A stretch of DNA of 58,895 nucleotides, counting the filler, from Diploschistes diacapsis (Eukaryota): NCBI GenBank assembly GCA_023645945.1. It is 4 parts of 4 records of this genome, joined end to end, with 100 filler letters (N's around TTAATTAATTAA, not from the genome) between each part and the next. Parts side by side here need not be neighbours in the genome. Positions count along the whole stretch, not along the records: positions 1 to 14,667 come from JALAIB010000592.1; positions 14,768 to 29,415 come from JALAIB010000593.1; 2 more parts are not named here. One strand, given 5' to 3'. The position numbers and the translations under genes are program-made. Within the stretch, counting starts at the first letter, position 1. Every line of letters starts with the position of its first letter. Below are positions 12,040 through 23,949 of the stretch, in pieces. The notes under the pieces were generated by a model. That model was not told the origin of the DNA and ran no database searches. It saw only the letters and a list, made by a program, of their open reading frames with translations.

Positions 12040-13449
12040 ATGAGCAATCTTGACAAGTAGTTCTGTGCGCGTTGCCTGCGGAAATTGGCTAATACGGTCA
12101 GAGACATTTCCGAGCTTCGAGCCTGCAGAATCATCCCCGAGGTCGAGGTACGAGAGCTATGTTTCAAAGCACGCGAGCTGTTAATAGAGGAGGGCAACGT
12201 GGTTCAGGTCGACGCGCCAGTGACAATATGCGGTGACATACACGGCCAGTTCCATGATCTCATGGAGCTGTTTCGTGTCGGTGGCGATGTGCCCGAGACA
12301 AACTATCTCTTCATGGGCGATTTCGTCGATCGCGGCTTCTACTCCATCGAAAGTTTCCTCCTGCTCCTATGTCTCAAAGTCAGATACCCCGACCGCATCA
12401 CGTTGATACGAGGGAACCACGAATCGCGACAAATCACAACCGTCTATGGCTTCTACGACGAATGCCAACGAAAATATGGTAGCGCCAACGTATGGCGGTA
12501 CTGCTGCGAAGTCTTCGACTACCTCCCCCTCGGTGCACTCGTCCTCGGTACAAGCACACATCTCGAACCTGCAAGCAGCGGCTACACTGAAGCGGACACC
12601 CAAACCACTGCCCCACAAGATGACGACGACGTCGAGGTCGAGATCCTTAACGCAAACAACGAGATAACGACCCGCTTCTTCCGCTCACGCCGGCACGTCA
12701 TGGACCCCAGCGACCGCATGAACTCTTCCTCCTCCCCGCCCGTTTCGCCAACCCAAACCACCCCCTCGAAGGTAGGGCCTGCTGGTACAGGAGCCACAGC
12801 AGACAGTACGGGTTCACGCACGTCCGGCGGCGGCGCCGTCTTCTGCGTGCACGGCGGTCTTAGCCCGCTCGTGGAAAGCATCGACAAGATCCGGCTGTTG
12901 GACCGCAAGACGGAAGTGCCCCACGAAGGCGCCATGTGCGACCTGCTTTGGAGCGACCCGGACGATATTGACGGGTGGGGAATGTCGCCACGTGGAGCCG
13001 GCTTTCTCTTCGGCGCCGACATCGTCAAGAGGTTCAACCACTACAACGACCTCTCTCTCGTCGCGAGAGCGCACCAGCTAGTAATGGAGGGATTCAAAGA
13101 GATGTTCGACTCGAGCATAGTCACGGTATGGTCTGCGCCGAACTACTGCTACCGGTGCGGGAACGTGGCTGCTATCCTGGAGCTGGGCGAGGACACCACA
13201 AACGGGGGTGTCGTGCTGGGGACCAATGAGGATGTGGGCAGCTCGAGAGGAGGCGGCGCGGGCGGATTTGCGGCCCTGCCGATGCCGACGCAGAGAAGGA
13301 GCGGGCCTGGCAGGAGGTACAGGGTCTTCGAGGCGGCGCCGCAGGACTACAAGGGAATGCCGGCGAAGAAGCCGGTTGCTGATTACTTTCTGGTATGTGC
13401 TGCTGTGAACACTATGATAGAGACGGTGCTAACGAGACGTTGCAAGTGA
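12040..13449 (+). CDS. PPH3: Ser/Thr protein phosphatase 4 catalytic subunit (PPP family)
   Basis: [48 protein letters not shown]; spliced C-terminus ADYFL. Introns 12057-12101 and 13393-13446. Confidence 0.88.
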
Positions 13450-14667
13450 TGAGTGGAAACATGGGTGTGTTTTTTTTTTTTGAAAAAATTCGGGTCCGGA
13501 TGGTCTAAAGATACCCTAGCGCTTGTGCTTTCATGGTTTGATTTACATAGCGGCAAAGGTTTTCGGAAATCATTTATTGGTGCATCCGGTGGTCCCGATA
13601 TTTTGTAAGTATTGAGGCTAGAAATATATGCAGTAATAGTCGTCAGTTTGCTGCTAGTCTGAAGCCGACCCGACTGGATCACTTCGAGCCTTATGAAACA
13701 AATATCCCGTGCCTCGACTCGGTTCATTTTCGGTGTACCCGAGTTCGAGGGGACTTTAAGCCCATTAGACCAATTGTTTCTATTTACGCCCGGGACATTT
13801 AAAGATTGTTCACGCAGTTCGCTTCTACAGTACTACCAACAGAGGGTACTTACTCTCCGGTGCTTGGGCATTCCGTGGGGCAGTTTCCAAGCAAAAACCG
13901 GATCGAAATGATTCCGGTTACGTCGAGCCCGCACAATTACCATGAGGTAAGGCATCTGCGAGGGATCGATCGGTGAATAATACTTTTAAAGACCCCCGCG
14001 ACAAATGCTTCGTAGATTTGGGTGCATAGATTCCCATTTGCGTAGATGTCGGCGAAGTCCGAATACAAGTCAGAATTGGACGGCTGAAGTCCGAGGAGGG
14101 AAAGGAAGCATCAAATCTACTGATATCTACTGAAAAAAAAAAAAAGGTAGATGGCGTAATTCACCTATCATCGCCGGGCTCTAATTTATCTTGACCTCGA
14201 CAAGTTTGTCTCGCCTGCGTTGCTTGCCTGCCGTGGTAACACTCAGCTTCTACCGACTGCGAACGCGTTATTTTCGGCTCGGTTTAAGGTTTGCGCCTTC
14301 GTCGCTGGGTGCGGCTCTGTGGAATGCTCGATCAGCAGTGGGGATGACGAAGTCTGATAGGTTAGGTAACCGAATCTACAAGCCAAAGGGTAATGTAACT
14401 GTAGCTTTCATCGAAGGCGATAAACCGTCGAATAAGAAACCATGAATGCTTCATCCCAACAAGCGGCGGCTTCTTAAAGGAAAAACTCTAATAACCGGGG
14501 GATCCAGCACTAAGCCTTTTCTAGTTGGAGAACATCCCCCTGTAATGACATGGGCCGACCATTCCACCGGACCCTACGCGAAACAGCAACTCTGACCTCA
14601 CCCCCAATACAACAACAGGCTTTAACAGGCAAGCAAGCCAGCTACTCCTCCATCCCCTTCCCCCACC

Positions 14668-14767
14668 NNNNNNNNNNNNNNNNNNNNNNNNNNNNNNNNN
14701 NNNNNNNNNNNTTAATTAATTAANNNNNNNNNNNNNNNNNNNNNNNNNNNNNNNNNNNNNNNNNNNN
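14668..14767. other. Artificial contig spacer (44 N + TTAATTAATTAA + 44 N)
   Basis: The 12-mer has stops in all six frames; the same 100-bp structure occurs three times. Confidence 0.98.
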
Positions 14768-14827
14768 CTCCCCGCCCGCCCCGAAGAACTCAGCAAACCG
14801 CCCCGAAGAATCCAGACAACCACTTAC

Positions 14828-15337
14828 ATCGCTAATACTCCGGAAGAAGCTCAAGCCGGCCCAATCCGCGCCCTTGAGGTCCGCGAGATACTTGGGCGGC
14901 AAGATAACATGTTCTTTGGCCCACCACGTCACCACGAAGGGCTTCTGGCTCGGCTTGACAACCTGAAGCCCAACGCATCAGCTCATCAACCCCGTCACTC
15001 CATTCCATTCCATTCCTTCCCCCCTCCGCTCCCTCTCACAGCACCAAATCCCACCCTTCGCAACAAGTCTTGCCAACAGTAAAACGGAATGCGAATGGGA
15101 TAACACCCCTTTGGCCCCCAATTTTCCTGGGAAGGGGATACGCACCTTGTCGTAGCCCCTCTGCACGATCTGGTGCGTGGGTTCGAAGGGCCGGGAGCTG
15201 CGGACGCGCTGGAATTGGGAGTAGGGTTCTGAGCCGGGGCGGAGGAGGGTCAGGTAGAGGGCTGCGAGGAGGAGGAGGAGGAGGAGGAGGAGAAGCCAGG
15301 GGTTTGAGAGAGAGCAGGAGAGGGATGGGGTTGACAT
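14828..15337 (-). CDS. Cytochrome P450, 5' part only (truncated by contig end)
   Basis: Poly-Leu membrane anchor, ..QRGYDK | VVKPSQKPFVVTWWAKEHVILPPKYLADLK, typical of fungal P450 N-termini. Exons 15337-15146 and 14962-14828. The heme motif is not in the window. Confidence 0.6.
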
Positions 15338-15689
15338 TGGGATTGTGGTTGTACACACGGGTTCGTTGGCGCGATATGCACCGAAGAGCATGCACCAAAA
15401 ACAAGTTCAAGGAGGGGAGATGGGGATCTCGCTAACAACCCTTTTTTTTTTGAGAATATTGTCAGTACATACATACATACATGCAAATGCGGCTCGCAGG
15501 GCCCAGTACACCGGCAGCAGCTCTCCTGAACGAAGCGGTAGCCGAAGGACGGCCCGCCAAGCCAAGCGTGGGGCTTGCTCTACGGGCGCTTTTCTCTCTC
15601 GACTTGTGCGATCGATGCAACGCCAGAGAAAAACGGCCGCTATCGCGCCAAGCTCAGCAAAAGCAACTTTGCAGCTCTAACCTCGCCCG

Positions 15690-16599
15690 TTAATGCCCGT
15701 ACGTGGGCCCCTTCTCAAGAACGGTCTTGACCGCTTCCCGCGCCAGCATGCGCTTGCTCCACGCTTGGATGTTCGGCCAGTCCTCGATGTCCACGCCGAG
15801 GAACTTGAACATCCACGGCATCGAGAATGGAAAATACGACAGGTCGGCTATCGTGGGCCTGTCGGCGAGGGCAATGTAGTTTTGGTCGGGAAGGCCGAGG
15901 CGGTTGTCGAGGATGTTCCACTGCGCGATGCAGTTCGCGTGGAGTCTGCACGGGGATTAAGCCGCGCCGAGAGATGTCAAAAAGGACGCTTTGCCAACAT
16001 ACTTTGCAACGGTCCTTGGCAACGGCTCTGGATTCTGCCGGTTCGGGTAGCCTTTGGAGAAGTAGAGCCAGTACTTGGCGGTGGGACTGCTTTAATGCTC
16101 GGTAGCCATTCGCTTTTCGTTGGCCGCATGAATAATAATAAAAGAAAGCCCTACCCAAGCCCGGCGGTCTGATACGCCGTCCACGAAAGCACTGCTGCCT
16201 TCTCAAACGCCGTTCGCCCGGCCCAGTCTCCCTTGGAGTCGAAGCGCTCCGCAAGGTATTGCAGGCAGGCGGTGCTCTCGAAAACGATAGCCTCCTGGCC
16301 CGTCTCCGGGTCTCGATCTCTCAGCGACGGCACGTATCGCTCCGGATGGATCCTGTAGAACCACTCGTCGGTCGTCTTGATGACCGCAACGACGTGGGGA
16401 CACTGCAGCTCCGCAGCCAAAACCAGCGGCTTGATGTAGTTGATGTAAGAGGTTTGATCGGCTTAAAGAGGGGGGTCAGCACTTTGAGCTACTGCGCGAA
16501 AATGCAGGCTCGCATACCTTTGATAATGTAGAGGATCACCCTGCCGTCGTACTGGGGATCGCCGTGCACGACTTCGCCATTAGCATGCTCGGGCATCAT
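15690..16599 (-). CDS. Glutathione S-transferase-like protein
   Basis: Four exons giving ..NYIKPLVL..IHPERYVPSL..VFESTACLQYLAERFD..PTIADLSYFPF..WPNIQAWSKRMLAREAVK (cis-Pro, FES and N-cap TIAD motifs). Confidence 0.88.
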
Positions 16600-18992
16600 G
16601 TCGTGGTTAGCAAACCGAAATGGACAAAGCACAAGCCCAAGATATGCGTAATAATTACCTACCTACTCCGAAGGGGAAGAAAATGATCTAGGTAGAAATA
16701 AAGTAAAGGTCTATCGACCTGGCTGGCACTGGAACGTGCAGTATCTAGTAGTAGACCGATGAGCTCGGGGACCGCCCATACCAGCCTTTTCCTTCCCCCA
16801 ACTTATCCCAATCAATACATTGAAACACAGCTTTATGAAGCGAGATAGGGGCATTTAGTTGTCGTCTGTGCTCTCTCTGCTTTCTTGCTTCACAGGCCCA
16901 AGACAAGGGTTTTGTGTAGAAACCAGGTGGAAAGAAAAATAGAAGAAATATCGCACGCACTCTTTGGCCACTCGCGTGATAATAATGCCTGAAACGGACC
17001 GACTCAAATGGCTATCGGAAGACAATACCAACTTCATCGTCGTATCAGCGCGAAGAAGATTCGAACCTGTTATTGTACTTTTGAAAAAATATTAGCATGT
17101 CCGCAAGACGCAACAATGGCGCTGCAGAGTAAGCAAGTTCCAGCGGACAAGCTCGGATTTCTACAAAAGTGCGACGACACAAAAGTCCATCCGAATCAAT
17201 GGAGACATGAGATCACCTTTGCGCTTTTCATCTTCCCTCGCCACAACCCACAAAGGAATCTTAGATACAGAGACTCGATCCCGTTTCTTGTCATTAGCAT
17301 ACAGTTCCCCCCTCCTACCGATATGTACTGCCTCTCTCGCAGTTGTATTACATCCAAATTAAGTCCTCCGTCCATTATTCTAATACTGGCTCCCCTCCTC
17401 AAACCCTCCTCGCCATCCCTTCCCCAGCTCCGCACTACACAACCCTTACCATCCCTTCCTCGCTCTGGAACCTTATAGCCTTGAGACTGTGACCGTCTAC
17501 CAAACACCTTCCCCCATACCCCTTCCTCTGCAACCAAAAGCCCCCCGTCTTCTTCCCGCTTATCTCCTCCATCGCTAGCCCAGCCTTGCCAGCAACATCC
17601 TTGCCTTCGACTTCACCCCTCAACCCTGAAGAGCTGCTTTATGATAGGATGTAGGCGTCGGAAGCGGGGCATTGGTGCGGCGCGGTGCGGCGGCAGCGGG
17701 AAGGCGGGGAGGTTCCAATCTTGGACGGTGATGGCATTGGCGGCGGCAGCGGTGGTAGAGTTTCCCTTTTGTGCCATCTTGGTGATACGGGAGAGGTCCG
17801 GAGCCTGGTGATTGGGGAGATTTCGAGGAACGTTGAGATATTGGAAACGGAGAGGCTTTGAGATAGGGTAAACCAGGTGCAGTAGAGTATTCAGTGGGTC
17901 GATCGCCCGGATATGCTGGGCAACGCGCGATAAGGAAGGGTGTGCAAAAGCAACTGACGACGAGCCGATCAAGCTCTCAAGAGCCGGAGATATATTCTTC
18001 ATGTTCTTCTGACATGCAACCATCAACCCGGTTCGGTTCGGCAGCGCAAGAAGGTGCTTTTGCGTCTGCTCGTCCGATCCACTCGTTGCTTCGACGACTA
18101 ACCGGCCGTGCTGAGCCTCAATAATCCAAAAACAGAAGTTCAGCCGCGGTAGAACAGCACAAGCAGGAGTACTCCAGGTCTTACCCTGCCTGTGTAGTGA
18201 GGTAGCTGACTCGGAATAGTCAACCGGATGCGCACGGGAAGAATATTCAGGGTATTGGTATCAATGAGTCGTTTGAGGGCGGCCAGTGGTCATGGTTTTA
18301 CAAAATTAACTATTCGAGGCTTTCGTGATCGCCAGGTTCCAAGATAGGCAGCACAGCATCGCTGCCAGAGAGGGTGGTGTTCCTGGGGAAATGTGCTTCC
18401 AAATCCTTCATGGCTTGAATTATAGTGTTGCCGAACACATTAGCCGTAACCTAGTGACCGTGAACGTCGTACAACAACGTGATAGCATAAACAACTCCAC
18501 TGCCCGGTCAAACAAAGGTAGCTGATCCTTTGGGGCCATAAAACTTCTCCAAGGTGTATAATATCAAATCATGGAACTGTCGATAGATAAGGCCACTGGC
18601 TGGCCTGGTCATTTCGAGTCCATTCACCGATCGCCAACCCGTAGTTGCTTAGTCGGCCCCAGTATGCGCATTCGTGGACGCCGGCGCATCGTTGTAACTA
18701 TCATGAGCAGCATACTCGAGCGACTCCCTCGAACGGTAACTCAGACTCGCAATTTGAGCAAGAAAAAAACGAGTTGGCCAGGCACTGGCACCAAGTTGAA
18801 ATCACACGCGGAATAACCGTATGGGCAACAACCGACCGACGGTTCTCCATCCATCTCGACGCTGAAAATTGGCTAGGTAACTCTCCACGCCCTTGTGGCT
18901 GCGTCCGATAAGGCCTTTTCTCTTGGCTTCTTGAGGAAGTTCTTTCCACGAGAAGTGCTCCTCCTTCACATCAAACCATAATCATAAATCGT

Positions 18993-20223
18993 TCATATCC
19001 AGCTCGTGACCTTCACGATCGGCTCGTCGAGCCCAGGAGTCGCCGGCGGCTCATCGAAGCCCTTCACGAAACCCCTCTCCCTGGAGACCGACAGCGGCCG
19101 CAAGGGGAGGATATCCGGGGTCCCACGATGCACCGAGGTCGACGATTCCGCAAGGGGCAGGATGGGCGACTCCATGCGGTCCCAGTTCTTCGAAAACTGC
19201 CTCCTCCTGGCCAGGGCGCAGGGCAGACGCTCGAGGAACTTGGGCCAGAGGCACTTGATGGCTGGCAGGCAGGTCAGGAAGATACTGGATTTGCTCTCGA
19301 TAAGACCGACGATGGTCACGTTGGTCAGGGCCCACGTAGCGTCGTTTTCGACTTCGAGATCCGGGAGGTAGACGACGCGGAGGACCGCGGTGACTGACGT
19401 CAGGATGCCGAGAAGGACCAGCATGATGAGGGCGCTGCGGGTACGCCATCTCATGTATGCGCTGTTGAAAAAGAACATGGGGAAGAGAGCGCAGAGGATG
19501 TCGGTGACGAGGTTGAAGCCTAGAGCGGTGTGAGCAACCGGAGCATTCTTTGCATCGTCGTCGTCGTCGTCATCAAGAACTTACCTGCTTGAACGTAGGC
19601 GACGTCGACGACCAGGGTTGGCGACGTGCAAGAGCCTTGGATGTTCGGATCCCAGACGGCGTCGAGCGGAATGCATTGGATGGCCCAGGTGACAAAGAGG
19701 ACGATGTTGCTGACGAGGGAGGCAGCCATGACGAGCCAGATGTAGATTCGAAAATGGGGGTGGGTCCTCGAATCCAAGATGCGCAGCATGAAGAAGCAGA
19801 TGGACATCTTGACGAGCGCCATGGTAGGAACGAAGGTCATTCTGGCAAACTGGTTCCATTTCAAGGCCTGAATCGCATTCTGCTCGCCAACGTACAAAGC
19901 GTGTCGTCCGACTCCGTAGTGCACCTGCAGCGTGATGGTGACGAAGCCGAAGATGGTCCATGCCTGCAATCAAATCTCAACATCTATCTTACAGCAGCCA
20001 CTCGAGGCTCGTCCAAGCTTACATATGCCGCGAACATGGTCCAGTCGTCCAGCCAGAGCTTGGGCTTGATGCGCAGGCGCACGTACAGCCTCGCGACGAC
20101 GGCCATTGTCGCCAGCGAGAACAGCAGAATCTCGGGTATCAGGATCTCGTCCGACCGGCTTACGTCTGGGCCCTGTTTCTGCGCCAGCGCAGCGGTCACC
20201 AGAGCGCCAAAGTTGGTAGGCAT
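18993..20223 (-). CDS. PTH11-like (fungal rhodopsin-domain) 7-TM integral membrane protein, no CFEM domain
   Basis: ARLYVR..LWLDDW, YGVGRH, LVKMSICFF, QCIPLDAVWD..GSC, NLVTDI, E....IFLTCLPAI motifs. Introns 20022-19964 and 19584-19520. Confidence 0.9.
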
Positions 20224-21421
20224 TGCGAGCGCGCCGAACGCTCTCCGAGCTCTCGTTCGAGTTCTAGTTGGGCAGGGTGGGGGAACGGGCTGGGCTGCGG
20301 GCCCACGAGACAGAGGGTGGCGCTAAGGTTGGATGCGCCATAGATGGAAGAACCATGAGAATTGGTAGGATGATGATGTTGGTAGGAAAGAATATTATAA
20401 AGTAAAAAGAAATTGAAGGCAAAGAGAGATAGGAATAGAACAGGAACGAAGTGCGGACAAGAAAAGGGGATGGGGCAGCAAGCGAGGGTGTTGCTCTGTT
20501 CGTATCTTACTCTTTTCACGTGTGGTGCGCTTTTTGCTTTTGCATTTGCATTTCGCAGACTCGGTGTTGGGCCAGCCATGCAGGGTAGCAACCATGAATA
20601 ATATATAACATAATGGGCTTCGCAATCGAGGAACAAGAAGTTGCGGAGTGTGTTTTGTCTTGTTCGAATCTGGAATTGTATAACCTGGATCTTCGTTGTT
20701 CCGCATGTATGAGGTTTCACTGCAGCTCGTACTTTCTCCTTTCTCGCTCTCTCTCTCTCTCGTATCTTCAGTCTGTCACCAGCAACAGCGGCACAAAACC
20801 CACCCAAGCGAGAGGGGAAGCGAGCCACAAATTACTACCTTGTATCAACAAACTCTGATCAACGTCGATCTTCTCTCATGCACGTCTACTTCTCTTTTCA
20901 TGTATGTACCTGGTATATAGGTATACGCGACACCTACCTACCTACCTATATACGCATCAAAGTCTTGCATCATCTTGACGTAAACCTTGCTGTAGTTATT
21001 GCGTATCTGATTGATTAGTCATGGTCGCGCAGGCCACTTTACCTATGATCTGATGATAAGCTAGCAAATAGAAAGAAAATTCAGTGCTTGAGCGTCAGCG
21101 GGCAGCAGCAACAGCAGCGTATTTTTTTATTTAAATATATTTTCAAATATTTATTATGGCCCAAAACCAGCGCCTATTAAAAAACGATTCTCTTATGATC
21201 GACACAAACAGTGTCGCCGATATAATTAAAAAATATTTATCTGGTCCCGGGAAGTGAAAACTTAAAAGGTTTCATGTCGAGGATAAATAACTGAAGATTA
21301 TAAATCCCGTGGTAGCTACGGTAGCTACTGGGGATTGCTGGATTGATGGTGGAGCCGAGCCGACATCGCCGCCATAACGGCACTACTTATGACGTTGTTG
21401 CCGCTTGCATAGCTTAGCATA

Positions 21422-21616
21422 ACGTGTTTCACTACACAGCGGATCACACCACAAAGCGGCTCACAATCCCTGCGCCTTCGTAAAATGTATTTCTTAACAT
21501 TTTCACCTTTCGTACAAATAATTTTATGCAAAAGCTCGCTTAAAACTATCTAGCGCAATTACATTATAATGTAGTGAGCCGCTTTATGGTGTGATCCGTT
21601 ATGTGGTGGAACACGT
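21422..21616. mobile_element. 195-bp MITE of pogo/Fot1 type
   Basis: 43-bp TIRs starting ACGT (21422-21464, 21574-21616), TA on both flanks, internal CACCACA..CGGMTCAC sub-repeats. Confidence 0.85.
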
Positions 21617-22614
21617 TAAGTAAAACCAGCAATCTAGTTAATAATAATAATATTTGATAAAAACATTTCCCCACGCCAAAAACCAGATTCGGAAAAGGAC
21701 AGCCTGAATGCACATAGGGATATGCGGTAATGCGATAAGTCATGGGCTATATTATATCCATGACCTAATAATATCTGAAGGGCCAGAACTTCTCCTTCTG
21801 AAAATCTCCTCCGATATGGCCGCAGCCTTGGCGCGCCACCATGCACGCCCTGGTAACACGGCAGAGCTAAATACGTCGTCTGCATAAAGAAAGGGAAAAC
21901 GAAAAGCAATTTTCAAAGAAAGGATTTTCGTAAAAACAAGCATAAACAAATCTGCAGCAGCGGGGGGGCTAGTGGCTAATAGGCAGCAACTTTAATCCCC
22001 ACTGGCCCAGACGAAGAAGAAGTAACCACAACACCCCATGTATATATAGGTGCGCGGAGCAGTGGGCAGTGGGCAGTAGCTAACGTAACCTAGCCTGAGC
22101 TACCATGTGACTTAAATGGACTGACTTGCGTCTGGGGGGCGTTACAAAACCTTGGCCATCGTTTATTAATAGATTGAAGATAGCTATTGTTGGACCGGAA
22201 TTAAAAAGAAATATGCCTGGACAACTAACTTTGACCATCCATCTTAAACACAAAACTGTTTCACGCTAGCATGTCCCGCCAAGGTACTCTACGTAAGACA
22301 CACCTAGCTACGTTAATAGCACAAGGGGAAGAGATAGATAGATAGGCCACAAGAGGGCTAGTGGGTAGACGGAGCTTGCACACAACACCCGCCATTTCCC
22401 TCTGATTCCCGTCAGTCATTCTAGCGAGAGCTAACGAAGGTGGGTATCGAGAAAAAATCAAAAGCGCGAGAAACCAGCCAGTTTATAGACAAGGAAAAAA
22501 GAAATACCAACGCCACGTCTGTAATCCCATGGTTTGTCCCCAATCCCAGTCCCTCAAAGCGAGTGTGAAGTCCCAAATCTGCTCCCCTCTCTTTATTTGC
22601 ACATGTCTCCCCAT

Positions 22615-23949
22615 TCACAGCCATCCCGGCCTCCACCCCCTTCCCTCCTCCCTCTCTCCTTGCTCATCATCATCATCATCATCATCATGCGCTCGTTCCC
22701 TCGGATTCCGCCTCGGCAACCAGCCATGCCTCAGCGCGCTCACGCACCTCTCCCTCCTTGCAGGTAGCGGGAACTCCTCATCCCTTCCCCTCGGCCTGTC
22801 TTCGATGTAACTCTGTCGGCGGCTGCCACGATCGGCTGAGCGGGACAGGCGTCGGACATGCACCCTGAGATTGAAAACAACCCTTCGTCCTCTGCCGCGG
22901 CTTGAGGAACTGGAGCGCTCTCGCGGTCCACCTCTGTGTCCTGCCCTCCCGCCGCCGCCGTCGTCATCGTCAAAAGAATCGTGGCCATCGTGGAACTGGT
23001 GCACCACGGGCCGCACGTTCCGCCAGGCGCGTTGTTGGCGAGCTACTAGCTGCCTGAGCCTCTCAATCTCCGTATCCAGGCGCCTGAGCTCCTCCTCGCG
23101 CTGGCTAGTGCGTCGTGCTTGCTCGCGCTCGCGATGGCGCCGGTTCATTTCGGCTCTCAACCGATCCATCTCGGCCTGGATCTCAGCCTCGCGCCTTGTG
23201 TTTGCCAGCTCGGCTTCTGCTCTGCGCCGCCGCACCGGTGATGGTGTACGCTCTCGCTTGTGGTTGTTGCCACGCCGAGGGGAAGCAGGCGGATCGCGTC
23301 TTCCGTCGTCGCGGCGGTGGTCGTGATCCCTGTGGGTTGAATGGTGGCGTTCGTTGCGGTTGGAAGAGTGCGGACAACGCTCGACAGAAGAGCGTCGGGT
23401 GTGATCGCGTACCGGCTCGGCGATTACGATGTCGTATCTGCGCCGTGGGGGACGCGAAGGAGATCCATGTGGGGGCGAGATCCGGATTATATTTGGTCGC
23501 GGTTGTTGCTGCTGGATGGGACGCCAGGCTGGGCCGGTAACCGGGGGCTGCGGTGGCAAATGAGGCTGGCTGGGAGGAGTAATTGCTGCGATTGCAGCCG
23601 GGTCGAGGGGCTGGCGCAGGTTCACAAATGGAGGAGATAGGACGATATTGGGGGTCTGGGGGGTTGGCGGTGTCGGTCTAGGTTTCTCCTGGTTGTCGTT
23701 TCCGAGCTGGAACACAAGGCGTAGACCATCTCTCTTGGCCCTCTTCCTCGGCAGAGGCGGGTTCGGCGCAGTGTGGATCGTCGTGACGACTGGGGCCGCT
23801 CGAGGCATGATCTCATCGTTTAGCGTATAGACTTGAACGTGACCGCAGTCAGCATTGGCCGCCGCTCTACGGTTGCAGGTGTATAGTTGTTCGCGAGGAT
23901 GACGGTTGCCGTTCGCGTCGACAAGAGTCCACTGCTCGAGATTGCACAT
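22615..23949 (-). CDS. Hypothetical disordered Pro/Arg-rich protein with central coiled coil
   Basis: Single long ORF, likely start MCNLEQW at 23949; E/R-rich helical segment. Confidence 0.65.
   Translation of the reverse strand: MCNLEQWTLVDANGNRHPREQLYTCNRRAAANADCGHVQVYTLNDEIMPRAAPVVTTIHTAPNPPLPRKRAKRDGLRLVFQLGNDNQEKPRPTPPTPQTPNIVLSPPFVNLRQPLDPAAIAAITPPSQPHLPPQPPVTGPAWRPIQQQQPRPNIIRISPPHGSPSRPPRRRYDIVIAEPVRDHTRRSSVERCPHSSNRNERHHSTHRDHDHRRDDGRRDPPASPRRGNNHKRERTPSPVRRRRAEAELANTRREAEIQAEMDRLRAEMNRRHREREQARRTSQREEELRRLDTEIERLRQLVARQQRAWRNVRPVVHQFHDGHDSFDDDDGGGGRAGHRGGPRERSSSSSRGRGRRVVFNLRVHVRRLSRSADRGSRRQSYIEDRPRGRDEEFPLPARRERCVSALRHGWLPRRNPRERAHDDDDDDDEQGEREEGRGWRPGWL

Noticed and set aside
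14712..14723. Palindromic TTAATTAATTAA recurring every ~14.7 kb
   Set aside because: It is embedded in N runs; an assembly linker, not biology.
17435..17777. Minus-strand ORF MAQKGN... extendable by a frameshift at a G4 run (~17617)
   Set aside because: No recognisable family, so I cannot tell it from a chance ORF.
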